A DNA stretch of 64,000 nucleotides from Neocallimastix sp. 'constans' (GCA_050613775.1 JBODTK010000108.1:248001-312000), one strand, 5' to 3'; shown: positions 29,858-48,071, numbered from the stretch's first letter. The notes: generated from the letters alone by a model not told the origin. Made by a program: numbers and translations.

Positions 29858-29910
29858 CAATCTGTACTTTTAATTGCATTCATATTCTACTATTTATTTT
29901 ATTTTATTTA
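29825..29910 (-). repeat. Diverged inverted copy of the ~35-bp core with short TTTTA flanks
   Basis: TTCAATCTGTACTTTTAATTGCATTCATATTCTACTATTTA at about 29856-29896. Confidence 0.75.
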
Positions 29911-31380
29911 TATAAACTTTAAATTGCTTTATTTTGTTTTTATTCATTCATTAATTACAATATGAATTTTTATATATATATATATATATGATTAAATATA
30001 ATATTTTTTTATTTTATTTTTTCTTTTTGTAATACTTGATGACATATCATTACTTATTCCAATTAATGATTAATATTTTAATGATAGTAATATTTTAATA
30101 TTAATATCAATATATAATAGAAAATACTCATATTAATGTATTATACAATTTATATTATATAGTATTAAATTGTCATATACTAAACATTTATTAAAATGTG
30201 ATAAAAATAATTTCAATATAAAATTTTTCTTTTTTTTTTTTTTATAGTAATAATTAATTATAATTTATTATATTTTGAAGATTAGCATATAAAAAAAATA
30301 TATATATATATAAATATTAAATCGAATGAAATAGTATGAAAAACAAAAACAAAAGTAAATATATTATATAGGATATGATATATATAAAGGATATATAATT
30401 TATATAATATTGTTTTTATTTTAATTTTTAATATAAAAAACCAAACAAAACTGAAGAAAATTATTTAGAAATTATTTATATTAAAAAAAAAAAAATAAAC
30501 TTTTTTTTAATTTTATTTTTTATTTAATAATAAAGTATATATATATATATATATATATTTCATTATTAAATTTTTACCTATTTTACTATAATAGATTATT
30601 TGGTGGTTATTTTTTATAATATTATTATATTTTTAAAATATATTATAATATATAAACTTTTATAATTAATCTATTCCTATTATATTTTTAAATATTTATC
30701 CTATACTTCATATATATTTATTATATATTTATTATATTTATTTTTATATATATATATAAAAGTGTTTTATATTTTCATTTTTTCTTTTTATTATTTAATT
30801 TTACTTGCAAAGTTAATATAAAAGATAAGATAAAATGGAAAATAATAAATAAAAGAAAGAAGAAAATATTAATAATAACAATAATAAAGAGAAATTAAAA
30901 AGTAAAATAAAAATAAACAAATATAACTTGTTATTTAATACAACTTTGAAAGTTTGAAAATTAGTTATTATTTAAATATTTGTATAATAAATAATAAATA
31001 ATAAATAATTATAATAATAAGAATAATAAGAATAAGAATATAATAAAATCTACTTTTTTTTTTTAATAATATATATTTTTTATACTTTAAGCAAACAAAG
31101 ATAAAAACAAAATTTTATATATTATTATTATTAAAAGTAAATATTTCATATTATTTATATGGATATATTAAATAACAAAAAATATATATTTAAATATTTT
31201 TGAAATCTTTTATTTATTTAATAGTAAATTACGAAGTAATAAATTATAAAATAATAAATAAATAAATAAATAAATAAAATAAATAAAATAAATAATAAAT
31301 GATAAATAATAAATAATAATAATAGAAAGAATTTGAATTTTTAAAATAGAAAGAAATAAAATATTTTGTATATATAAACA

Positions 31381-34334
<2,954 letters not shown>

Positions 34335-35155
34335 AAAAAAAAAAAAAAAAAAAAAAATAAATAAATAGAAGTTAAAATAATAAATAATAATAATATTAAT
34401 TATTATAATAATAGAAATAAAAATAAAATAAAATAAGATAAGGTAAAATAGAATTTTATCGTCTATTTCAAAAATTTATCTTATTCCATAGATATAAAAA
34501 CATAACTAAATTAAATTATACGAGTATAAAAATATATAAAATTACATATATTAGAAAGAATTTATCTTCATTATCGAAAAACATTAAAAAAAAAATTTTT
34601 TTTTTATTTATGTATATTAGAAAAAAATTATTTTCATTACAATAAAATATTAAAAAATAAAATAAAATAAAATAAAATAAAAAAAAAATAAAAAAAAAAA
34701 AAAAAAAAAAATACCCATATTAAAATGAAAATTATTTTTTTCAGCACCAATGTATAAAAAAAAATTTTTTTTTTTTTCTTATTCCTATATATATTAACAA
34801 TTTTAAAAAAAAAATAAATTATATATATATATAATAGTTATCATCCATTAATTAATATAAATCCTTATTAATATATTTATTGTTTTTTAGTTATAATAAC
34901 ATAAATATAATTTATAAAATATTAATATTATGTATTATAATATCAATATATCAATATATCAATATATATATTTTTTCTTTTTTATAAGTATATTATGTTA
35001 TTTAAATATAATATTTAAATGTTATAATATCTATTAATTTTTTAATTAATATTTTTTTTTTATTCTTAAAAAAAAAAAAAATTAAAAAATTTTATAAATA
35101 AGTAAATTAATAAATCATGATTATAAAATTTAAAAAAAAAATAAAAGAAAAATAT

Positions 35156-35195
<40 letters not shown>

Positions 35196-35490
35196 TATAT
35201 TTGAATGGAATTTATAAATAATCATAAATCATAAATAATATTTAATTAATATTCTTAATGGGACATATCACCATCTCCCTTCTGTGGGGTTCATTGAGTG
35301 AAGATGGTCTTAATTCTCGTGGTACAGAGGTGTGATAATAAAAAAAAAAAAAAAAAAAAAAAAATCTAAATATTATGCAATGATTATTTTTGGTAAAGTT
35401 GTTTATTGTAGTTGTTTGTAATATCCTTGGTATGAGTGGCCTTTATATCGATATCCACAAATCCTATCAATTCACTAATAATAATTTAGT

Positions 35491-35565
35491 GAATATAGAC
35501 CATTTCGTCCTAAACTCATAACTTAATTTTTTTTTTTTTTTTTTTTTAATATTTATGTAAAAAAT
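35491..35565. mobile_element. Solo MULE-like terminal sequence
   Basis: GAATATAGACCATTTCGTCC resembles the MULE end GAATGTAGTTCATTTCGCC and is shared with 56004-56065. Confidence 0.45.
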
Positions 35566-35785
35566 TTCATGTATTCAATTTTTATGTATTTTTTTTTTTT
35601 TTTTATTTTTATTTTTTTTTTTTAAATAAATATTATTAAATAAAGTTTATTCCTAGTCTAATAAATAAATATATATATATATTTATAATAAATAAAAAAT
35701 AAATAATAAATAAATAATAAAGAAAAAATGAAATAATAGAATTTTCAAATATTTAATAACAATAAATTTCATAATAAATTATTTT

Positions 35786-35830
<45 letters not shown>

Positions 35831-36142
35831 CTTTATGGAAATACAATTATTTTTTTAAAAAAAAAATAATTCAGAAATTATAATATAGTATTTTATATAA
35901 ATATATTAATGGTTTTTTTTTTTTTTTTTTTTAAAAAAAGTTTATATACTTCTTTAAAATATATATTTATATAAATATTCTTTTAAAAGGCAATAACATA
36001 TTATATATGATTATACTTTTAATTTTTGTTATATTAAAAACTAACAATATTAGCAGAATGATTCCATATAATATTTACATATTTTAACATAAATTTTTAT
36101 TATTTATATGAATTTATCATTTATATTATATATATATTATGA

Positions 36143-36182
<40 letters not shown>

Positions 36183-37114
36183 TATTATTATTAATTAAAA
36201 AATTTTAATTATAATAATTAAGTCGAAATATTAGACAAAATTATTTAATATTTTTAAATTAATATGTTTTTTACTTTTTAATTATTTATATTATTCTAAA
36301 AATAATTATTGTTTCATTTATTTTATTTTAAAAAATATTCTAAAAATAATTGATTGTTTCATAAAACAATATTTTTTTAAATATATATATATATATTTTA
36401 AAATTCAATATATTCTATTTTTTATTTATAAAATATTTTATTTATTAATAAATATTTTAATTTTGAAAAAATATAATAATAATAATAAATATGGCGAAAT
36501 TCAAAAAAAAATTTTTTTTAATAATTAGAAGACATTCTTGAATTATTATTAATTTTATATTATTAGTATTAATATAAATATATAATATTTTAATTAATTC
36601 AAATGTTTAATATTTTTTTTTTTTTTAAGTTGTTTGAATAAAATTTAAAGTATATTTTTACTCCTCTTAAAGTGTGAACTCTTGGATTTTGAATTTTTAA
36701 TATTTCTATATTAATAGTAAATATTGGTAATATACATTTTAAATTTTTTAAAATAAAAATTTTTTTTTTTTAAATAAAATAAAATTATCTTAATTAAGTA
36801 GATTTTTTTCCTTTTTATGCACATATTATATAATATTGTTAGAACATTTCATATTAAATTTATATATATTAAGATTTCTATTAAAAGGAAAATTTTTATA
36901 AATTTTTTTTTTTTAAAAAAAAAAAAAGTTAAATAACTAGGAGTAATTAATGATTTTAAGATATTTAATAGATACATTGCTAAAAAAAAAAAAAAAAAAA
37001 AAAATTGTAATAAATAATTATATATAAAAAATTTATATATAAATTGAAAATATTATAATTTACAGTCATTATTTCTGTTTTATTAAAATTAAAATGATTA
37101 TTTAAAGAATGAAA

Positions 37115-37156
<42 letters not shown>

Positions 37157-37767
37157 TTATTGTTTAAAAAAAATAAACATAATTGCATATGTTTAAAACA
37201 AATACCTATAAAGCGTTTTTAAAAAATTAAACCTAAATTTTAATATATATTATAAGTAAAAAAATAAAATAATAACTATTATTATTAATTTAAGAATTAA
37301 TGTCAATAATGTAATTTAAATTTAATTACAATTAAAATATATAAATATATATTATTTTTTCTAAATTTATATAATAAAATAAAATATTAAAAAAGGAGAA
37401 AAAAAAATTAAAATGAACTAGAATAATTTAAGTATGAATAAAAATTTACCTTAAATAAGTATAAATATTAGTTTTAGAATTTTACATGATTAATAATTTT
37501 ATTTAATAATAAATTATAAAAGTAGGAAAAGTATATAATAATATATATATATATATATATAATAAAAAAATATAAAATAAAAAAAAAAAAGTATATATAA
37601 AGCAATATTGGGAATAAATATATTTTAAGGAAATTTTTGAATTTATAAATAAAAAAGAAAAAAAAAAAAAGTAAAAAAAAGATAAAAAAAAAATTAAATT
37701 AAAAAATAAAATAATTAAGATATAATATATATATATTGAAAAAAAAGTAGCAATTTAAAGACACAAA

Positions 37768-38274
37768 ATGAAATTATTAAATATTAGTATTTTATTTGTT
37801 ATATTTTGTTCAATACAGTGGGGTAAGGCTCAAAGTGGTACAGAAGATACAAGAGCTATTGATGGTGCTAAATTAAGATATTATCGTGAAAAGGAAATAT
37901 ATTGTTATAATGAAACCGGTCTATTTCGTTGGGAAAAAAAAGAATTATTGGAATCTTGTGGTTATGATATTAATTATAATAGATATATATGCTCACATCC
38001 AACGAATAAAAATAAATTAATAATTTTTGATTTTGGTTCAAATAAACCAAAATGCAACTTTAGTTACGTAAATAGTATAGAGAAAGTTAATGTATATTCT
38101 GGAGATGAAGTTGATGGTGAAATAAAATATTCCAAAGATTTACAAGCATATGATCTTGTATGTAATTGTATAAATCATTCTGTTAAACGTTTTGAATTTA
38201 TTATGAGTGATGGATGTACATTTAATGGAGATTATCATGATGAGGATGTAAAATGGGGTAAAAAATCCCTGTAG
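37768..38274 (+). CDS. Small secreted Cys-rich protein of unknown function, 168 aa, single exon
   Basis: Complex, stop-free ORF with hydrophobic N-terminus (MKLLNISILFVIFCSIQWGKA) and 7 Cys after the predicted signal. AAAATG start context; TATA-like TATATATAAAG at about 37592. Confidence 0.8.
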   Translation: MKLLNISILFVIFCSIQWGKAQSGTEDTRAIDGAKLRYYREKEIYCYNETGLFRWEKKELLESCGYDINYNRYICSHPTNKNKLIIFDFGSNKPKCNFSYVNSIEKVNVYSGDEVDGEIKYSKDLQAYDLVCNCINHSVKRFEFIMSDGCTFNGDYHDEDVKWGKKSL

Positions 38275-38738
38275 AAAAAAAAAAAAGGAAAAAAAAAAGG
38301 AAAAAAAAAAAAAAGGAAAAAAATAATAATATATAAAATAATTTAATAATAACAAGTATATAAATATAAATATATATATATATATTATTTAAATATAAGT
38401 TATTTTAAATTATTATAATATATAAAATAATAAATGTTATTACAAAAAAAAAAAAAAGTAAATATATGGATAAAAATACACATAAAATGTTTTATAGAAA
38501 TATTTAAAATTTTGAATAATATAATACTATATAAAATATAGTTTTATAAATATATATAAATAAATACATAAAAATTATATAAAATTATTAAAACAGGTAT
38601 AAAATTTCTCTTTTCTTCTTTCTTGAGAAAAAAAAATTTGTGTTCTAAAATATGAAAATATATATCTTCATTTTTTTTTTATTTTATTGTATTTATTTAA
38701 TAATGGTTATTATTTAATTATACATTTTTTAAAAATTA

Positions 38739-38803
<65 letters not shown>

Positions 38804-38959
38804 GTATTATATCATTATTTTTATTATTATCAGTTTTATTAAAGAATTTCATTTAGGAAAATATATAAATGTAATGAAAATGATTTAATGGGATTGAATC
38901 AACGAGTCAAAAAAAAAATTCTTTTATGATAAATCCGAGTCTTAGAAAAGTAAACTACG

Positions 38960-39300
38960 CAATAATAGGTTGAAGAGCTAGTAACTGTTCTAACATTCGA
39001 AATAATTTTTATATTTGACCATATTTTTTAATCCTAATAGATTTCCAAGGTTAACAGGGAAATAAACAAAATATATCCGTAACTTTACGATAAATTTTTA
39101 TATTTAGCTTTTTTTTTTTTTTTTCTGGTGAGCCATGTAATTGATGTTGAAGACTTTTGGGTTTCCCATCGTAGTCTGAAGAAATTTTAGATGTTAGTTT
39201 CGGGCCATAGTGCAATGCAATGGCTAATAAAATGGTATAGATGTAATATTTCTAATGCTCTGAATATCAGAATGAAGAAATTCAATCTAGCGTGAATAGA
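38960..39300 (+). pseudogene. Degenerate, deleted 28S rRNA-like fragments
   Basis: Colinear near-matches to recalled conserved LSU motifs: TTCCAAGGTTAACAG (cf. CTCCAAGGTGAACAG), CAAAATATATCCGTAACTT (cf. CAAAATAGATCCGTAACTT), TGCTCTGAATATCAGAATGAAGAAATTCAATCTAGCG (cf. TGCTCTGAATGTCAAAGTGAAGAAATTCAACCAAGCG). Confidence 0.6.
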
Positions 39301-39494
39301 CTTTAAAAGATCGATTATATGATTAGCTTATTTTTTTAATCAGAAGTTATAATTAAAAAATTGGTTTTGTGTCATAGATGAGATTTTCAAAAAAAAAAAA
39401 ATTTTTTTTTCCTTATTTTTTGATAATTCAATTCAATATTTTCGTATTTATTTATTTTATTTTATGTAAAACTAAAATACTTTTTTTTCATATA

Positions 39495-39530
<36 letters not shown>

Positions 39531-39864
39531 ATTGACAATTGCATTAATACCTATTAGTTTAATATGAAATTATGAATGAATGAAACATCAATAAATAAGA
39601 AATAATTGCTATAATTGTTATATTTAAGCAAGTAAATAAATACTTTTTGTTTTTCCTTAAATTTCTTATCATTAAACTAAATTATTTCAATTAAAAAAAT
39701 AAAAAAAAAAAAATAACTAAATAAAAAGGCACATTAATATTTTTATACTCATTTCAATGTTGTAAAGCATTGTAAAATATTATTATCTTTTTCTTTTTAA
39801 TTCATTTCATTTTGATGAACAAAAATAAAATAATGTAATATAAATAAATAAATAAAAAAAAAAT

Positions 39865-40100
39865 TTAAGTTCACATCTCTCAAAGCTGTATCATTTAATG
39901 GTATGATACCATAATCACTTTTTTAATATATATCTAGTCTAAGTTCAATTAAATATTTCACTAATTTTTTTTTCTTCATTAGTACATGCTGGGGATAATG
40001 GTGTTTTACTAACTAAGCTTTCATTACCACTTATACATGCTTCAAATAATGGTGTTCCTAAAATATTCTTAGAATTTCTCTTATTATTATCTATACTGTT
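39865..40100 (-). pseudogene. Ankyrin-repeat gene fragment
   Basis: Minus-strand translation GTPLFEACISGNESLV / KTPLSPACTNE... LVKYLIELRLDI matches the TPL..AC..GN..LVKYL...DI ankyrin consensus. Repeats are truncated and no start is visible. Confidence 0.7.
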
Positions 40101-40712
40101 ATTTTATATTATATAAAGAATAACTATAAAATAGATAAACAAAAGATATTCAAATATTATTATCTATAATCTTATTCAATAGTACACTTTTTAATTTTCC
40201 ATACTTTCTATATTATACCTTCCATCTCTATTATATTATATTTATTTTTTTTAATTTTTACAAAAATTTTTTTTTATATCTAAGATTATTTTAAATTTAA
40301 TTTATGAAGCATAAAAAAATAAGAAAAAAATAATCCATTTTTCTTATATATATAACAATATAAGAAAAAATTAAGATAAAAATTTCAAAAATATTTACTT
40401 CGAATATTTTTTAAATAATATTATTAATAAAGAAATATTTATTATATTATAATTTGATCTATAAATATTTTTTTTAAATATATATAAATATAAACTTTGA
40501 TATTATGGATAGAGTGTATTTTTGAAAATTTTATATTCTAATTTTCCCCAATAATATATCATAATACAAAAAAAAGAATTACCATTTAATATTTAATAGA
40601 TAGTTTATATGATATAAAGCTCATAAAGCTCTCTATTAATATTTTACAGCTATTTCTTTTGATTTTTTTACTAATATTAATTATTATTAAGAAAATAGTA
40701 TCTATAATTTTA

Positions 40713-40766
<54 letters not shown>

Positions 40767-41077
40767 TATTACATTAATAATTTTTATTTATTTTTCAATC
40801 ACTATTCATTTAATCATTTATTTATTCATTATTAATTAATATATATTTTTAATTATTATTATTATTTATTGTATTTTATTTGTTGTTTAGCTATTACTAT
40901 TTATAAATAAGTTATTTATTATTTTATTATTAAGCATATGTAATAATTAATAATATAAATATATTATATATTTATTTTTTTTTTAATTATATTTAATGGA
41001 TCATCCATGTATTATTAATTATTTTTGTTTTGAAATTATATGACATATCATAAATTTAAATTTAAAATAAATAAAAA

Positions 41078-41187
<110 letters not shown>

Positions 41188-43639
41188 CAATGAGAATGAT
41201 AAATTAGAGGATAAATTGTAATTTATAAATTTAAAAAATCAGTAATAATAATTATTATAATATTTATTAAATCCATATTCGAGAATTACTTATCATGATA
41301 TTGATCCTAAGTATGGTATATGATCAAAAAAAAAATTATTAAATATATAAAATGGTTTGATTTATGATTAATGCATGTCTAAAAACGGTGATGAACTATT
41401 ATCAATTTAAATTCTCTGATAATCAAATTTCTTTTTTTTTTTTTAATATTTACCCTTATATATATATATATATATATATATATCAAAGATGTCATTAATA
41501 TTTAAAAAATATATATTAATTATAATTATTAATATTTTAATATTAGATAATAAATATTAGATAATAAAATTTTAATATAAATTATGTTTCAAAGAATTAT
41601 TCTAAAATTCATATTATAAAAATTATATATAGTAAGTAAATTTTAATATTATTTTATATTATCTTGTCTTTGATTATTATTTCTAATTTGTTATTTTATA
41701 TTTTCATTTTTCCATTGTTTCTTTTATTTATTTATAAAAATTAAAAAATATTGTTAAATATCAAAAATAATTATTATTATTATGATCAGTCACATGTGTT
41801 CTTTATTCTTAAGAATAATTTGTCATATTTGTATTATAAATAAATTAATCATATAAAAAATTTTTTTTTACTATTATTGAAAAATAGTATTTAATATAAA
41901 AGAATTATTGTATATTACATATTATTAACTAAATGAGAGAAATATATATATATATATATATATATTTTTTATTTAATATAATTTTATTTTTGGTTTTAGC
42001 TTATAATAAATAGAAAAAACGAAAAAATATATATATATATATATTTTATATATTAATAAAATTTATATAAAATATGATTTATATATAAAGTTTTATAATA
42101 TATATTAAATATTAAAAATATAAATCACATTATTTATTATTTAGATAATGACAAATATTAATAATTAAAAATTTAATAATCATTTTAAAATAAATTTAAT
42201 ATAAAGAAATAAAGAAATAAAAAAAAAATTTTTTTTTTTATTCATTCTTTATCATATAAAATTATTTTTAATTATTATTTTTGGAATATTTTCATATTTA
42301 GTTTAATGTATAAAAAAGGAGAAAAAATAAATTAATTAATATATGATCATGTCATATATTACCAATATATTGCGTTAAATAAGTAAGTAAATAATTAAAT
42401 AAATAGATAAATAAATAAATTAATAATTATAAATTGCAAATTATTATAATTATAATAATCTTAATAAAAAGATAAAATAAAAACAAAATAAAATTATTAT
42501 ATATATATATAAAATTAAAAACAAAACAAAACAACAAAATCATATATATATAAATATATATTAATATATAATTATATAATAATATAATGTAACATATAAA
42601 AATATATATTATTTAAGTTTAACAAATTATAATTAAAAATAATAATTTAATTTTTAAATTAATATAAGATAAGAATAAAAGGATTAATTGTAAACTATTT
42701 ACTTTTAAAAAAATATTTATTTTTACTTTTTTACTTCTAAAAAATAATTTATTTTTACTTTATTTTTTAAAGTTGTAAATTTTCATAATGATTTGAAATT
42801 TCATTATACAAAGTTATTCATATATTTTATAAAAAAAACAAAAAAAGAATAAAAAAATAATAATAATAATAATTAAATCTTCATTGAATAAATTTATATT
42901 ATAAATTTGAAATAAATATATATATGTATCATATTGTAAATTAATTCAATTTTATTATTTGAAATCCTTATAATTGTAAATATTATTAAAAACATACAAC
43001 ATAAATATAAAAAAAAAATAAATTAAAATTAACAACAATAATAATAATAAACAGGAAAAAACAAAAATTTATATAAAACAATATTTATTTGTATAAAGAA
43101 AAATAATTATTAACCATTCATTAATTGTACTTTGTATATAATTGTTAATTATTGATATATTAAGTCTTATATAAATCAACAAAATATTTTTGTTCAATCT
43201 ATATATATATATTTAATTGGAAATATTGTTATTTTTTTATAATAAAACTGAATAATAATATCTCTCTATTATAAAATTGAAAATAAAAAATTAAATATAT
43301 TTTAATATATTGCAATAATAATATAATAAAAAACATAATTAAAAAAAAAAAAAAAGAAAAAAAGTGACCTAATGGAAAGCATTATCATATTTTTATATAT
43401 TAATATATAACAAAAAATAAAAAGAAAGAAAAATAAATTAAATTTCTTTAAGCATTTTATTTTATTTTTTTCTTTTAAAAAATCAAATAAAGAAATCAAA
43501 TTCTTTATTATTACTTCAACTACAATAGATTGTTAAAAAAAAAAATAAAAGAAAAAAATAAATTCTTTTTTTTTTTTTTTTCAACAACAAAAATTATAAC
43601 AATTATTTATTAATAAAAATATCAGCATATATATTAACG

Positions 43640-44346
43640 ATGGAGAGCAAAATTGGTAAAATTGCAAGACCGGAATTTATAAAGTAAATCTCTATTATAA
43701 TTTAAACTTTAATATGTATAATAATATATGATATATAAAGTTTTAATCCATAAAAATTGACTATTTTATAATTATTTAATAAAAATATAAACTAATTAAA
43801 TAATAAAAAAAAAAAGACAAACTTCTAGATTAGAAGCTGTAACTTCATATATTCAGTCTTTTTCTTCATACTTCTCAAATTCATTTCCTTCAAAGACTTT
43901 TCAACAAAATAATAATATTAGCATTTTAAACACAGAAGACATTAATAATTTAATTGTATTTTCAAAATTCTTTTGGGTCAATTGGTCATTTTCTGATAAT
44001 AATGATGATAAAAAAAGGTATTTGTTTATTAATACTGATTTATTCAATATTAGTTTATTATTATTAAATAATTTTTTTTTTTTTTTATTTTTAATTTTTA
44101 ATATTACTTTTAATATATTACGTTATTTTAGTTTATGCTTGTTTATAGGATATAAAAAAGGTTTCCAAATATGGAATATATCAGATTCAGAAAATATTTA
44201 TGAAATTTGTTCTGTATTTGATAATGTTGATGAAATTAAAGCAATTGAAGTATGTATTAAAAAAAATATATATATATATTTAATATTAAACATATTAATA
44301 TCATTATAAATACAAAATTTAATTATTTTATCTTGTTTTATATATT

Positions 44347-44387
<41 letters not shown>

Positions 44388-47100
44388 TAATATAAAAATA
44401 AAATTTATATTTTTATTTATATATATATAAATATATATCTAATCAACTTAGATTATACCACCAAATTCATTGAATTCTTCATTCGATAATGATTGTCCAT
44501 TTCTTGCTTTATTAAATGTTAAAACTACTGAACAAGAGGATGGTATCCTTTCAAAAAAATCTGAAATTTTAATTTATTCATTAAAAACGTATGAAACAGT
44601 TAAAACAATTACATTTGAAGAAGATTTGGAAATTTTAAAAATTAAAGTAAATTCATTAGCTATCGTTGTATCACTTTCCAATTCTCAACTTCATATTATT
44701 TCATTATCTGATTTTAAAACAGCGATTGTTTTAACTGACATAGCACCATCTCAATATGATAATCATCCTGCTATTTTTGATTTAGGATGTAGATATTTAG
44801 CATATGCAACTACGATCAGCCCTGAAACTACTGATAAAAATAAAAAAATTGAAATGAGCGTTGTTGCTGAAAAGGTAGCTAAAGAAGTCATAAGTGGTGT
44901 AAAAGTATTAGGAAATATTGGATTACAAGCCGTAAAAGCAGCTAAAAATAGTTATTATCAAAATACTCAATCAGGTAATAATACCTCCGCAAATGAAAGT
45001 ATCAATAATAATATATTAATAAATGACCAAAGTAAACCTAATGAAATAAATAATAAATTTCCTGTTGGCATGGTAATTATTTTTAATATATAATAAACTA
45101 ATAAAATGATATTATATAAAGAAAAAAATCCATATATATATTATTATATTAATATATATTTAAAACCTTTTATTAATTAATAATCAATATATTTATATAA
45201 TTTAATAAAATATTATTATTATTATTATTATTTAATATTAATATTATTATTATTATTATTATTATTGTTATTATTATAATTATTATTATAATTATTATTA
45301 TAATTATTATTTAATATTCTATATATTCTATATATTATATTGATTTTTAATTAATTTTTTTTTATTTTAATAATAATAATAACTAATAATAATCAAATCA
45401 AAACAAAACAAAAACAAAAACAAAAAAAAAACAAAAACAAAAAAAAAAAAAAACAAAAAAAAAAAAAAAGATTAAAGTGTATGATATTAAAAAATTATTA
45501 AATAGTAAAGATATTAATGATGTTACCCCATTAGCTCATTTTCAAGCCCAACTTCATTATATAGAATTTATTCAATTTAATGATAGTGGTTCATTATTAA
45601 TAACATCTTCCTATGAAGGATTTACTTTAAATATTTGGAAAATAGAAAATCATTTTGAAAAGAAAGCATTAGCCTTAACTTGTCTCTATAAACTTAAAAG
45701 AGGTAAAACATCTGCTAGAATTGAAAATGTAACTTTTAGTACGGATTCTCGTTGGGTATGTGTTTTTTCTAATCATGGTACTGCCCATCTTTATTATATT
45801 GATCCTTATGGTGTAGAACAAATGTATAAAAGAAATGAAGTAATGAAACAATACAGTGATATTCCAATTTCAAATATAAATAGTTACAATTATAAAAATA
45901 TTCGTAGTAAATCAATTAATGATATGGTCAATACAAATCTTATTTCTCCTCCTCAACCAAAAATTCCATCCCCATTATCTTCTCCAGTCAATGAATCACC
46001 ACCAAATACCTATAGTAAATCATTACAACCATTAAATGAAAGAAGTTCTTCCTTTGAATTTGTTTCTTCATCTTCCTCATTAAATATAAATTCCATTAAA
46101 CAATCAAACTACTCAATGATGGGACGTTCTTATCATAGTGTTAATAGTGATTATGATTTTGGTAATTTAAGTACTAGCTTTAAATCTAATTCATATTCTT
46201 CCTCCAATAATAATTCCTATATGAATTATTTTAATCTTTCAAATTACGCCAATAATAGTAATAGTAACAGTAATAAAAATAATTCCAATACTAATAATAA
46301 TTCCAATAATTCCAATAATTCTAAAAAACCAGTTCAATCCTATGCTCTCTCCCGGATTAAGTATAAAAAATGTTCATTTTATTATGTTGATACTAATCAA
46401 GCTTCTCATGCTGTAAACTCTAATATGAATTATAAATCGAATGAAGATGCCAAATTATCTTCCATGAATTCCATCAATGATACCGTCAGTTACAATTCTA
46501 TCAATTCCATGGAAAATAATGAATTTATTTATGCCAACTTTTATTCTCCTGCTTCCTGTGGTAAATTCCTTAATAAAATTATGATAAGTAGCGAAAAGAA
46601 GGAACCTAATGAGAAACAAAAAATCATTATATTCCGTGTTACGGAAGATCAACATCAAGGTCAATTGGAATTATATAAAATTTTTGGTAGTGAAGCAGAT
46701 GATACTTCTCTTAATTTAGAAACAAGTCCCACATCAGTTTCTAATCTCAGTACTAGTATTTCACCACGTAAAAAATCATTTTCCTATTCTCCTTCAAATT
46801 CCATAAGTATGTTTATCTTAAAAAAAAAAAAATTATATTTTTTTAAGTAATAAAAAAAAAAAGAAAAAAAAATATATATATATATATTATTCAATTAATA
46901 AAAAATCATTATATTAATAATAATTATTATTTTTATATTTTAAATTAATTATTAGGTTTAACAAATTTATGTAATCCAGGAGATGATATTTTAAATTCAA
47001 AAATTAAAGTTCAAAAGATGATTCAATGGAATTTACATAGAAAAAAGAATTGGCCATTAGTTAAACCATCTATTAAAGTAATTTTTATATATAATATATA

Positions 47101-47146
<46 letters not shown>

Positions 47147-47241
47147 TGTAATTAATTATTTGTATTTATTACATTTATTACATCTATTAAAAATTATTAT
47201 ATTTATTAAAAATAAATGAATAAAATAATATATATATAATA

Positions 47242-47288
<47 letters not shown>

Positions 47289-47584
47289 AATTAGTTAATC
47301 ATGCCAAAAGAAATAAAGAATTATATAGGTAAAACCGGTACTTCAAAAATATTAAATAATAATAAAATTAATGTTGTTGAAAACGGTAAACCTTTGCTAA
47401 ACTCATCAAATTTACCCTCAAATCTACAAGACATCAGTTTTAGACCTAATAATACCTCCATTCAGTCTATTTCTTCTTCATCATCTTCTTCTAATTTATT
47501 AAATAGAACATTTAATAATAATTCAAATATTATTTCTAATTTGAATGCTACTAATTTGAATTCATCTAATAATAGTATTACAGA

Positions 47585-47629
<45 letters not shown>

Positions 47630-48071
47630 AAATCAAAATGGTCGTAGGAAAAGTAAAGGTAATAATAAAAATAGAAAATCTTCAATTAACGAAGCCAATA
47701 GTTCTCCACAAGATAATATATTATCTTCATCTTCCATAAGTTCTTTACAATCTCAATTATTAAATAATAAAAAATTAATAAAAGAAAAGGCAAAACAAAA
47801 TCAAATACAAAATCAAATACAAAATCAAATACAAAATCAAATACAAAATCAAATTCAAAATCAAAATATTAATATAGAAAATACGATTACAACTACTCAT
47901 ACTTTAATATCAAATTCATCCATATCTCACACAGCTAATTCAAATCATCAAATAAATAATGGTAACATTGAATCAAAAACGTATCAAAATTTACTTTCAC
48001 CCAAACCAGTGAAAAATAAAAAGTAAAATAAAAAAAATAAATAAAAAATAAATAAATAAATAAAATATAAT

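Noticed and set aside
41295..41405. Short rRNA-like words (GATCCTAAG, ATGCATGTCTAA, TGAACTAT)
   Set aside because: Too short and not colinear with a single rRNA molecule, so they cannot be distinguished from chance by eye.
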